A stretch of 64,000 nucleotides of DNA from Catajapyx aquilonaris (lineage: Eukaryota). Where the stretch lies: contig KZ537958.1 in NCBI GenBank assembly GCA_000934665.2, forward strand, positions 62,001-126,000. The letters are read 5' to 3'. The notes beneath the pieces are model-generated. The model was not told where the DNA came from. It saw nothing but the letters and a program-made list of their open reading frames with translations, and searched no databases. The translations under genes were made by a program, and so were the position numbers. Within the stretch, counting starts at the first letter, position 1; every line of letters starts with the position of its first letter. Below, in pieces: positions 25,701-38,900 of this stretch.

Positions 25701-28700
25701 TGTTTATTCTCATTCATTCCACTTGCATACAGACTTGACCTGCCAGCCTGGTTTTCCACTGGAACCTAGCAGCAGTATGTGACCTGTCTTGTTTCTTCGG
25801 CCTTTTCCTTGTACTACTTTTTTTTCCTCTCTTCCTCCTGCTCACGGAGAACACGATACATGCACTCTTTATTACGAGAAAGGGATGTGTACTCACAGCT
25901 TCTTAGCACAAATTGACTGACTGACTGATTTGTATGCTGCCGTTTGTCTCACGAGATGGCTTTATTCAGTATGGCTTGCACTGACAAAGCCCCCCTCCAT
26001 CCACCTTAATCAACTTGGAATAATTTCACCCGCATCAAACACATTATCCAGGCCGCTGAATGCAACACAAAAATGATTCATCAGGCTTTGTGCTTTTATA
26101 TTCACTAGTATCTGATCGATTCGGCACATTCTGCTATGCTGGATTTGAATGTGTGTAACTCATTATCCCTGCAATGGTATTAACATACATAATCGAGTGC
26201 CGTTAAAACAGAAAAAAAGCGCAGCTCTGTAGTTTACTGCACCAAAAAGCCTAGTTCAACTTTCAGGGGGAATATTTCCCCCAGTACATTCTCATTTTTA
26301 TGGGCCAAGAGGGGGAGGGGGTAGAAAAAAACATGAGCATCCAGTCATAACATAGCTGCGCAAATAATGCTACTTTTGGGAATGACATGCACCTCTGCAC
26401 CTGAATGATGTGTGGGTTAATGGATAGCATTTGCAATTGTCACAGTTCCCCCCTCGTGGTTGGTGGAGCCGAAGGATCAGAACGTCAAAGTGGGTCACCC
26501 AGCCGTTTTGGACTGCCAGGTGGACGGCTTTCCAAAACCTATCATTGCATGGAAAAAGGCATATGGTGAGTCCTTACCGTTTAGCAATTTCCAGCAGTTC
26601 AACTTATAATAACCCGTTACAAAGTAGGTCTTCACGTCACAATTCATGGAGAGGGATAAAAAAAAGAGAGAGATAAATGAAAGGATGCCGCAGAATTTAC
26701 TTTTTGCAGAAACCGGCTCCATCTGCTTGATCCTCAGAGTCAGTGGGAAGAAGACAGATAGGTTTTAATAAGGAGGCGTTGGAAGTTGCCTCAGTAAATC
26801 ACTTGCGATTAGAGCTCCCGAAATCTCTCCTCCGCGCTTTGGGAGGGCGGGGGGGAAGTGTTAGAAAAAAAAAAATCCCCCGCCGCTAAAGAAACTTAAT
26901 TGACCAGAAATTTATTTGCACTCGGCTTCTACCCGGGGAAAAACCGTAGGCAACCAGCCGGGTCAATACCACGACCTCCGCTCCCAAAACTCTCGCGTCA
27001 AGCTTCTAAGCAACGGGTCTCTCTGGTTGCAACGAGTCAGCAAGGAAGACGAAGGCCAATACTTGTGCGAGGCCGCCAATGGCATCGGTGTCGGAGTCAG
27101 CACCGTCGTCACTCTCACCGTCAATGGTGCGTGCCACTCTTTGTTACTACATAACGTATTGCTGACTTACCTTTTCTCGTGTGTGAGCAGCTCCTGCGCA
27201 GTTTGTGGTGAGATCTAAGAAGGAGCTGGTTAAACGAGGATCAGCTGCACATTTGAACTGCCGATCTACTGGTGATCTGCCAATCACGATCACCTGGAAG
27301 AAGGAAGGGGTCAGGCTTGAACCAGCCTTGTTTCCTAGGTCTGTTTTCTATTAAAATTATTCGTTGAAGTTCATCCTGACTATTCAAGGTAACCCTCCAG
27401 TCAGCTCTGAGCAACGGGTTGCAATGCTACAGGGTAATTTTACAGCCTTGGAACTACGCAACATGTGGCTCAGAACTGATTGGAGGGTTGCTCTGAATAG
27501 TTAGGATAAATGTGTAAGATTCGCATTGTTTGATGGTTGCTAAAAGTGGCAACAGTGGGTAGAATGGCAACGGTGTCCTTTTTGCGTCTAATGACCCTCA
27601 TCCTTTTCCCCACAAAAGCCATGCATATCCGGGCCAAAGCCATGGATTCTCGTCTCCTAAAATGGCCCGTGTAAATGGATCTGCCGCTATTTTGAGGCAC
27701 ATTCCAGCATTATTAATTCACAGATATGTGGTAAAAGAGACGCCTATGCAAGGAGAACTAATGTCTGAGCTCATCGTAAGCGCCACTAAAAAGGAAGATA
27801 GTGGAACCTTCGCCTGTTTGGCCACCAACGCCTATGGTCATGCTCAGATGACGATACATCTTGTAGTTCAAGGTTAGTCGACACTTTTAAAATCCGCACT
27901 AATTAGAGCATAGATTGTTGAAGTTCCTTTTTTTCCTAATTTAACACTATGGCTTCATCATGGTAGCCACCAAGGACATGTTCCGAACTTTTCCTTCCAG
28001 CTACTATGCCATTAATTAGCAAACTAAAGAGCTTGCTTTAAGCATCTATCTCCCTTTATGCTTTTTTTTTTCAGATGCTCCGACTTTTCCGACCAATCTT
28101 CGCGTTCTGGATCAGACGAGTCGTTCCGTTCGAATTTCGTGGACGCAGCCTCAGGATGGGAATAGCCCCATTACCAAGTACCTTGTTCGCTTCAAAGCCA
28201 ACTCAGGTAATGGAAGCTCATGTTTCTCCGCTTTTGCATGGAACCAGGATGGGAGGAGAGAGAGAAAAAAAAGGGCAGCCAGTTACCCCCGGAGGGGCAT
28301 GGCCCTCTCGGATTCCCAGATACCCAGTACGAAGAGCATTGTTCAGTTCAATTAGCGGATTTTCAAGTGCACTTGTTTGGTCAAAACCTGACCAAATTAT
28401 ATGTCAACATTCACGCGTGCTGATGAGCGTTAGTTCAGCTAATGAACTAGTATAATCCAATTAATTTGTTTCCATTCGCGGATGGGATAAACAGCTGCCA
28501 TTGTGATTATACAGAAACTCTCGTGTCAGGTTGAAGTCAATTTTGTGTAAGAAGTGCAATGACATGTCTTTTGGCAGGTTAATGTACTGTTTACATACAC
28601 ACGTGTGCAGTAACACGCTTACTGCTAACCGGTAATCAATTTATACGTGAGGTTGATGAACACTCTCCAGCCTGTTCCAATTATTTGACAGGCATAAAAT

Positions 28701-31700
28701 GCGCGCAGTGTGCATTCATAGTTGTGGAGGGGGGAAATTAGGTTCGGGGGCTGATTGCACATTAATTGCGACATTTGTAGTGCACACAGTAATTAACGTA
28801 AATTTTATCCAAATTCTGTGCGCTATTTATTAATCACGGACCCTCTTTATTAAAATGTCGTTTGGGAGAAACTGCGTTCGGTCGGGTCGAAAGCTTTCAG
28901 AGCCGAACCTGTTTTGCCTGCAACATTGTTGGCCTTTGGCAACCTAGTTTTCAACCGCCATTTTTTGCTCATTACACGGGCAAAGACATGCACAGGAACA
29001 GGAGAAGCGATTTTAATTATGCAGTAGTAATTAGTAACAATTCAGGTATTAATTTTGCCACAATTTGTCAAACTGCTCCACCGAGCGCTTATTACAGTCT
29101 GTTTATGTTGGATGAAATATGTGTTATTATTCCGCATTCCTTTTTTTGATATTCAAATACTGTTGACTCCGGATATAACAGACTCGAAATGCTGGACCCG
29201 CCATACTTCCATAAGTCCATGAGTATTTATACTCCTGATATAACAGACTCGTTTTCAACTCACCTCCGCTACAACAGACCATTTTTGGCCCCTCGCCTCT
29301 GTGGGAAAATATGTTGTTTTTTAATTATTCAACATCCTTTCCCACGCGTAGGAAGGCAGAGAAAACTGGAGCAGGAGTGAATTTCGCATCTGTCATTGAT
29401 CTAAGCTACTCAAAATCATACTTTTCTGGTATATTTGGCAACAAGGGGATGCGGATTTTTCTAGTCTTGCATAATTTCCGCGTGAGGTAATTTTGCAAAT
29501 TTGCGAATAACTTCATTAATGTATGTGGTAGTGGGCATTATAAGCATAATATGAAAAGCAGAAAACTTCGTGCATTTGTGGCAAAATTGGCAATTTGGCT
29601 ATAACAGACTTTTTCCAAGGTCCCATAAAGTATTGTTATATCCGGAGTCAACTGTAAATTTTGTGCGCATGATTATTGTATACGCAACCATTCATGTTTT
29701 AGGAATAGTGACATTCTTTTTTTTCCATCTCAATCTGGGGTAGAAAATTGACTCCATAGTTGGTACTATATCAAGTGCAAAAAATAGTCCCAACAACTCA
29801 TATTGAGCTTTAAACAGCTCCACTCAAAATAATTTACAACTTCCAGGCATATAAAAGTGATCGCACTAATTACTGAAGGACATCACCCAGCTTGAATACT
29901 GCCTCGTCAGCCGATAACAATAATTCTCAACGCAAGGAATGAAGGCGTGATGAAATGCGAGTTGAATCTATAAAAGGGGGGGCACCAACGAACGTAGCAC
30001 ACCGAGCAATCTCATTCCTACCGCGCCGCATCTGAATGCCGTCGCGCGTTATCTCTGATGAGGTTTCATCACGTGCAAATTACGCCGGCCCTAATTAGGA
30101 CGCCGTTTCGAATATCGCGCATTGAGCCCGGCTCTAACTGACGTACTTGGCGTTTTGACGTTATCGACGTTGGCAGGTCGCAGGGCCTTGGGTTGGTCCA
30201 AACTCCGCATCTCACAGCCACTAATCAAAGATGTAACATCCGCTAATCCAAGACCGGCACTTTGGGAGGACCCCGCGAGGCCAAGTCAAACATTCAGAGG
30301 CAGAAAACCGGGTTTGTTACGGAAACCAGTGTTGTTATGCACATTCATTAGGGGAGTTAACGCGGCCGAGACGACACACTTTGCATGTGAGGAGTGTAAA
30401 TGAGCCGATGCTGGGGCCTATCTGCGGTTTCATCTGGGAGGAAGTGCATTACTGAATAGTTGCGACGAAATATTTACGAGCCAGGGTTGGGCTGTAAACA
30501 AACCGCCCAACACAAAAGCTGGGCGAGATATTTTTTGCAGGGACACAATAGCTTCACCCGCTTGGGGACATCGCAGCATGTAATGTTCCTCCACTTATCA
30601 GCAAAGATGGGATAATTAGGTGTAATTGCCTATCGTCACTAGGACGGAGTTAAACCTTCCAAGATTAAGGATCGATAAGCTCTATTGATAGCGAGGCCAC
30701 AATGGTACACCCTGGAACATCGCACTCGATTAGATTTTCGAATCATTTGAAAGAGCTTGCTCACTGCTCTCTAAAATGTGGTTTTAAGCAGCTAGCTAAT
30801 ATTCCATTGAGATTTACGCAAACAGACCACCAGTGGACCTTGGTGGACCTTTCCTTTCACCTCCCCACGGGTGCTTGCAAGTACATATCTTCATTGATTG
30901 GCAGATACTTGGCACGAACTGAACCGCGAGGCCAACGTGGAAGGCTCCCAGACCGCAGCAGTACTGAGCAAGCTGCATCCAGCCACCATGTACCACATCA
31001 AAGTGTTTGCCCAGAACGAAATGGGCCTGAGCGAGGCCAGCGAGGTTTTGCAGGTGAGCACCACCCATCTGCAAAATAGGGCTAGTTCCTACTCCTCGTC
31101 TCTATTCCTTCAGGTCATGACGGACTCCGAGGCTCCCACAGGACCGCCGCAGAATATTCACGTGGAAGCCAAGGGCTCCCAAGAGCTGCTTGTCACTTGG
31201 GATCCTCCAGAAATTCAGCACTGGAACGGAGAGATCTTGGGATATTACGTCGGATTCCGGGAGCATAGGTTGGTCTCTTCACCGCCTCCTGATTTATTAC
31301 CACCAGTGGTTTTTTTTTTCGTCTTCTCTCCTTTCCCTTTTTTTCGGGAGAGGAAAAGCCCGAGGTAAGTCTGGAAGTTGGGATCTTGGACCTGGTGGCG
31401 TATAGGCGGGATTGGCAGAGTGGAAGAGCTAAATGCGTTTTGCGAGATCGATTTGGGACAACTCGATTGTTCTCGGAATTGTCTGAGCAGTCAATGCACG
31501 AGTTTTGGGCAAGTCCAAGGGAGCGGAATCCGAAACCCTAGGAGTTTTCAACTTGCCGATGAGGGATCGGTGCCAGCACGAATATTAGGACCACTGACTG
31601 TGCCAACACCGTACTTTTTGAAGGCTCATTTAATCGTGAACGAAAAAAATGGGTTAAAGTAACCAGAACTGGTTGAGCTAAATTAGTAACCAGCAGGGTA

Positions 31701-34700
31701 GCACAACCAATACGTACAACTAAATGTTATTTCGGTTCGCTCAACTAAATATTTTTTGAGTGTTCAATTTTGATGTATGGTGTGCGGGCTAAGGGCAGAT
31801 TAGAGCTTATCTCTAATGTAATCAAGCCATTAATTCCAACAACCGGATTAATTAAAAGGTGGACTTCCCCGCCTGTTGTTGACCAGTACCTGCAATGCCA
31901 ACTGATTTTCACTCGCGTTTCTCCCTGCAGGGAATCCCGATCGGCCAATTCGTACAACTTCAGCACTGTCAATATTCAGGGAAACACCAAAGGCGAGTGG
32001 AAACTGCAAGACCTACGAAAGTTCGCCAAATATGGAGTCGTCCTCCAGGCCTTTAACAGCAAAGGAACGGGTCCATTGTCCGAGGAGGTGGTGGCCCAAA
32101 CTTTGGAGGACGGTGAGTTTCTCGTGTGTTTTCCTGCCCGCAACTACTTTTTATTGCTTTTCCTCCAGAGGTAACGACCGTGCCAGGAGCTACTGTCTGC
32201 GGTGCTAAAATTTACTGCATTATCGCACGAATCTGGGCAAAAGCCACTACCTTAATGAAACTAGGAGGCCGCACTCTGTACCTGCCAGACAGACAAAGGG
32301 GGGGGGGGGNGGGGGGGCGCCAAATAATTTTTAATTGATTAGTAACGATTAGTTTTAGAAGCAACAAAAGTTGCTGGCGTCTTCTCAGAACTTTTGGCAG
32401 GTTTTAGGGCTCTTCGATGCTGGTCCCAGAAAAAGGGCGGAACTGCTGTTTGTCCTTTGCAGCCGTAAAAGAGTCTATAAAACGGAAGCATGGCCTTAAA
32501 TTACGGGGCGATTTCAATCCGGCTCGGAAAAGTATCACTGCACTTTTTGGCCATTGGTAGGATGAAAAGGGTGGGGCACAGCAAAAAAAAAAGAGCAAAA
32601 GATCTTTGGTTGATTGCAGTGCATAGACCTATCATTAGATTTGGGGTCGATTCCACCCGTCCCCTGAAATTAGTCACTGTTTCGGTATGTACAATAGCTG
32701 AATCCGGAAAGAATTGCGTGTCTGGCGCGTACCATGCAGGTCATGCGCCCAATTCAGCATCATTATGGTAATGATGTTGGATAGAAACCTCGGATGGAAT
32801 AAAGATGAGCGCCTATTTTTCTGCCTCTCTATCAATTCGTGTACTTCGTTGTAGTTCCGGGAGCCCCTCCAGATGACATCAGATGCACGGCCTTATCCGC
32901 TCAAAGCCTGCAAGTGAGTTGGCAGCCGCCGCCAGAATCGCTAGTGCATGGAGTCATCCAGGGCTACAAAGTCTACTATGAAACCGCTGAAGAATGGTAT
33001 GGTGGGTACTTTGGTGAAAGACACTTCAGACACTCCCTCTTTGTTACAACCTGAAGGTGTATCAACTGTCACGAGTTGCTACCCCTTCCGGTTACAGCGA
33101 TGCATGATTAATCACGCTTAATCAGGTCTGTCCAATGTGTCACCTGGTGACTCCAGGTGAAACATTTATAAAACAGCCGGGCAGTAAACGCAAAGAGTTA
33201 ATCCTCTCACCCATTATTGAACACATTGCATCACTTTTGCACTTAAATCGTATTTCATGGCCTTCGTCGACTGTAAATTTATGAGCGCGCCTCGCATTTC
33301 ACTTGATTAAGCGACAAATACCAGCATGTAGTCCGGGACAGCTCATCGATCTATACCATCCGAACGCGATTTGTTTTCGGCCAGTGACCGACCTGAATGC
33401 GGTTGATTGCTAAAACTAGTTAATTTCTCATCTGTGACCAACGGTCAACAGTCATTCGCATTACCAGTCTTTATTAGTTCATGACCACGGGGGGTGGTCC
33501 AGTAAATCCGATCGTAAATCAGACCCATTTTTTTATCGAACACCACTCCTGTGATGCTGCCAGAGGCGGGTTGTCCAAAGTTTGCCTCCGCCAGTCGATA
33601 TCTTGGTTCTGCACCTGTTATTGATAGGCTAAACTTGAAGCTACTCTCGTTAACGTCCTCCTGATTTATGACGCTGTCAACTCCCCTGCCTCCCTGTACC
33701 TTCCTTTGTGATCATGAATGCTGAATTCTCACGATTTTGCAACGCTCTGCTACGTTTTTCGCATGATAGATTTCCTTTTATTCAGAGCAGCAGAGAAACA
33801 AGCATACATGAGATGTTTCCGAGACCTTCACGTGCGATGATTGAAAGCAAGGAATTTCCATTCCAGATAGGATCGAGTACGAAACCAAGATGACCACGGC
33901 GCTGACCACTGTCCTGCACGGCCTGCACAAGTACAGCAATTACAGCGTGCAAGTACTGGCCTTCACCAGGGTTGGAGACGGCGTGTCCAGTACACCATAT
34001 TCCTGCAGGACCGACGAAGATGGTAAAATTCACGCTCCAAATAGGGTGGCCAGATGTCCTTCTCTTGAGCAATGCTCTGTCCTTCGTCCTTCGCTACCTC
34101 AAGAAGGACGTTGATTTGTCCTTCTTTTGGAGGACAGTCTAAAATAATACGTCAATTTCCTGACCTAGTACTAGAACAGCGGAAAGTTTGGGATCTGTAT
34201 CCCACAATAACCATTATTGGACACGGCTAATGTAGGACAGATATACAAAAATAGGCGTCCCTTCATTGTTATAATATATTATATCTGTTCCCGCAAAAGT
34301 TAAAATTCATTTCTTATTACTTTTACAGGATGAATGCATGTAATACAATACAGTACGTTTAGAAAATTCATTTTAAAATGCCACAGAATTGTATTTTTTA
34401 TTTATAGTGCCATTTGACAAATTAATTCTCAGTACGGTAGGCCTACATATACAGGGTGTTCCAAGTATTTGGGTCACTTCTTGATAACTGATATTGCCCG
34501 ATAGCACTTATCAAGAAGTGACCAAAATACTTTGAACACCCTGTATATTTTCTACACCATTTTATATACGTCAACTCACCATAAAACATGCTGGAATGAG
34601 GTTAAAATTCTATGCTGAAGAATTCAGTCATTAGTGTGTTAAATACTATAATTTGGTAACTTGAATATTTCGGTTATCATGAAGTAAAAAAGGCATGTTC

Positions 34701-35926
34701 ATTATATACGGTATGTTGTAGGCCTATATACAGTACTATATATTCATACCAGCTGTGTCCTTCATTTTGGAGATTTGGAAATGGCCAACCTAGCTCCAAA
34801 GTTGGGTTAGGTTAACTTGGGGCCATCCTAAGTTTTGCTAGAAACGGCCTCATGTAAACGGGCATATTAATTAACTCATGTTTTGCAAAAGCTTTCCTGG
34901 TCATGTACCTGTACTTGTACTGATGGTTCAAAAGCGTCCGAGATGAGGCGCCGTAATGAAGCTTCCAGATGAGACGCATCGTGCTCGGTGCAGCCATCTG
35001 GAGCTTGGAATTCAAGCGGCGAATTTCAAAAGCGGGGTATTGATTACGCGGAAATAGCAGCTGAGGAATTATGCCGAGAGAAAGCCGGAAAAGGAGAGGA
35101 ATTTGCATAAAATGTGCAGGTCGCCGCTGACGGCTGTGTATTCGAGCGTGAAGTTTGCACGTTGAATGTTAATGCCCTCTTTCCAGCAATTATGTAAAAC
35201 TCTCCCCAGCTTTTAATGTGTCTCGGAGTTTCGTAAGCGTAACTGCACCGCTCCAATGCATGTCTGTAGTTCCAGAGGCGCCGGCGGACATTAAGGCGGT
35301 GGTGAAGTCGGCCGAAAGTATTCTGGTGACCTGGCTTCTTCCAAGGAGGCCCAACGGTGTACTGGTCAAATTCAACCTGTACGTGAGGGTCCTTGAAGGA
35401 GGAAGGGAGGTGGACACCTTCAGAAGGAGTCATCCGGCTACTCAGTTGGAGTACGAAGCAGCGGGTCTCAAGAAGAGACAGACCTACGAGTTTTGGGTCA
35501 CTGCCTTCACTAAAGTGGGGGAAGGACAGAGCACAAAGGTCATATCGAGCTCTCCGTCCAATAAAGGTCAGCCACCTTCTATATGGACAATGGCAGATGT
35601 TTAATTCAAAGATGTTTCTCCACCAAGTTCCGGCAGCCATTTCGTCGTTTGGAGGTCCCGTAATGGCGCCATGGAAGACTGACGTGTCGCTGCGTTGCCA
35701 GACTGTGGGCGTCCCTACTCCTGAGCGTCACTGGCAGCAAAATGGGACCCGTCTGCGCGAGCACACCCGCATCCAGCTCATGCCCGATGGAACCTTGCTT
35801 TTACGAATGGTGCAGAGGGCCGATGCAGCAGCCTATTCATGCTTTGTTCGTAACGAACATGGACAAGATCACATTTCCTATCGTCTCCTCGTGCAAGGTA
35901 ATCATGGCGTGCTTAGGGCAGAAGGC

Positions 35927-35988
<62 letters not shown>

Positions 35989-38900
35989 GCCGTTATCATC
36001 ATGATTCAAGTGTGCGGCCGCACAAAGCAAGGGTTATTGACAAATGCGTGCGCATTATGATAATTAGAGGACGTTTCATTTTGACATCTAACTGGCTATG
36101 GCATGAAAAGTGGCACTTGATTGCAATAACAAAGGTGTGCCGGTGTTGTAGTAATAGAGGGTGTTTAATTAACATGCATTGTTAAAATAATTTAATTTCG
36201 TGGGATTTCATATGCTAATTTTGAAAATGAGGTAAAACTCGAGTAAAACAAAGAGTTTCGAAAACGTCAATGAACCTTCACTTCCGGAGATCACCATGAG
36301 GGGATTTATTGAATTTAATTAATTCCGATCAATTTCACATTGCTATTCTTATTCTTATACACATTTTTGCTCATATCTCTTGTACATGATGAAGGAAGTG
36401 GGATAAGGTATGAAAATAATGCTCTCTTTAGGAACCAATATAAATGGTAGCAGACAAAAATCATTTATTGGTACAGGCTATGATTGTGTACTCGTAGTTG
36501 ACTTAAATAGACTTCATTGCGCTATTATAGTACAAATCACGCAAATTTAATAAAATTTCTAGATCGTGAAACTTGCTTTTATAGCCATCTAAATTGAGAT
36601 GATACAAATGGCTTCTTATGGATGAGAGATTTTCGTCCTGTTTATTCTGTAATACATGTGAGCGTCGTCCCTTCATAATACTGGATTTGTAATAAGCTTA
36701 GCCCTCCATATGCCCCAGACCTCATTTTGTGAACCTCCCCCCCTTTTATAACCACCGATCTTCTCTCCTCCAGCCAGTAATATTGCAACTGATATTTCCT
36801 GGACCATAATTTTATTAGTCCAGCCCTTATAACCCCCAGGCCTCGCATCATTCGAACTCGGCAAAGCACATCCCCGCACGTGGGGACTTTTCTTCGCCCC
36901 AAATGTGGATAGCGCCTCTCCCTTTCACTAATGGACGTCGTATCAAGCTAGGATTGCCCCCACAAAACGGGGTTGCGATTGGCCCTTCTGTTTTCCTCTA
37001 GGAAACGTGATTTCGCACAAAGTTAGACTCGCAGTATCCATTAGCTGGGACATTTGGCACAGTTTTATGGCCTAATGGAAACACGGATGTGCAGTAACAA
37101 GATCTGGAAAAGCACTGCAGGCGTTTTTCTCTCTCCCCCCATATATGTTTTAGCTCCACAATATTTTATGCAGCTATATATCACCATGTACTTTTTTTTT
37201 CCTCTCCCTCTCCTTGTACAGTGCCTACAGGCCCCCTGTTGCTTCACGCCTCATCTGCAAGCACGACCAGCGTTCATTTGCAATGGCGTGAAGGAGACGA
37301 CGGGGGGAGTCCCATCCGTGGATTTATCTTGCACTCGAAGCCAGACGGAGGGGAGTGGGAGGAAATTCGGTTGGATCGACACCAAACGGGCCATGTCCTA
37401 ACTTCGCTGCAGTGCGGGACACTCTACCACTTTTACGTGACGGCCTTCAACAAGATAGGCAACGGGGACTCCAGCGAAACGGTCAGCGTCCAGACAAAAG
37501 GGGCCAAACCTGGCAACCCGGCCGCCAGCCAGTTCCTTCAGGTCAACTCCACCTCGGCTCTGCTGCATCTCAACACTTGGCCCTCTGGTGGATGCCCCAT
37601 ACTCAAGTTTGGGGTGGAGTACGCCGAGTATCCTAAGAGTGATTGGGTCTTAGGTGAGGGTCATGGGGAAACCTACTAAAACTGGTTATATCATCTGACT
37701 GTTCCACTCGCAGATTCAATATCACCTACCACTTTTTATAATAATAATAATAATATGTGCAGTAAATGCAGAAGTAGCTGATCAGTTAAGTGCCAAAAAA
37801 TGCTCAAACTGACACGTCAATGGGACGTCAGAGAAACCAGACATATTATGGTGAACGGACAAGTTTACTGAGCATTTAAATTCTGAGGCTTACGTAAATA
37901 CCGTCTGCTCCTTTCTAAAAATTCAAATGAGCACCCTAAGCTCACATATTTGCATTTTGTTGTAAAGGATAAACTTTCTTTCCAACTTTATGGGCTGCTT
38001 TAAAAAATATATATTACGAGGCAGTCGTGTGTCATCTCACAGCTCGTTGCTTGCAATATATTTGAACGCGGATAGCCATATAGCAGCATTTGAGGTGATG
38101 GGTTTTCATGCCTGCTTCTTTTCATGCAGTCGGGAACAATATACAGCCTGACAGAACCCTTCCCATCACTGGGCTTAAACCTGCAACGCTGTATCGACTT
38201 CGAGTTGCAGCCACCAACAGCGCCGGATCGACGCAAAACAACTACGATTTCACGTCGCTCAATCCTGGAGGAGGTGACCTAATTTGCATTTTCTATTTTG
38301 AATACTTTTCTGTTTTGCTTATTAACTAACATGTGCATATAAGAGAGTAATGGAATGCCGTGAATGTGGGGATTATTGCATTCTACATATTATATACTGC
38401 AAAGAAAATCGCTGTGATCGTCTCCTTGAAGGTACATAGAGTGAGAGAGTAGGCCTACTCATCAACGATCCATTAATGTTTTCTTGCGTCATAGTTATTA
38501 CAGTCGTTAATATTTGACGACAATGCCGAACATAAAATCGTTGAGAATTATAGCCTGCTGGTAAGTGAAGGCAGCGACAATATTGCTTCGGAAGGGGAAT
38601 GGATGTTTTCCAGTCACTTACTGTATATGATTATGTTATTTATTAATTAAGCAGCCTGCTTTCTTTCTCACGTTTACCCTTTTTATTAAGCTGATCCGGG
38701 CTACAAACTTGCGTGTCTTTAAGCTTGAATCATATCGATACTTCTGACGTGAGACAATATTGTGATTGGTCCTTCTCTAGAATGTAAAAATGGACTAGGA
38801 AACTCCAGAGGGTTTAATTATGATAAAATGTGTCTTTACTTCATGATTGTAATTTGACAACACCAGTCTCATCTCCTAAAGAATGTTGAAAATCTGGCCA

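Noticed and set aside
23848..25847. Docking/selector pairing of CCGTGAGAGGG (upstream of Ig7A) with CCCTCTCA (24414) or TCCTGCTCACGG (about 25836)
   Set aside because: Only 8-11 bp, within chance expectation without conservation data.
33786..33866. Upstream in-phase acceptor for the FNIII-3 C-terminal exon
   Set aside because: The 81-nt extension contains an in-frame TGA.
35044..35640. 198-aa antisense ORF over the FNIII-4 exon
   Set aside because: Shadow ORF of a coding exon on the opposite strand.
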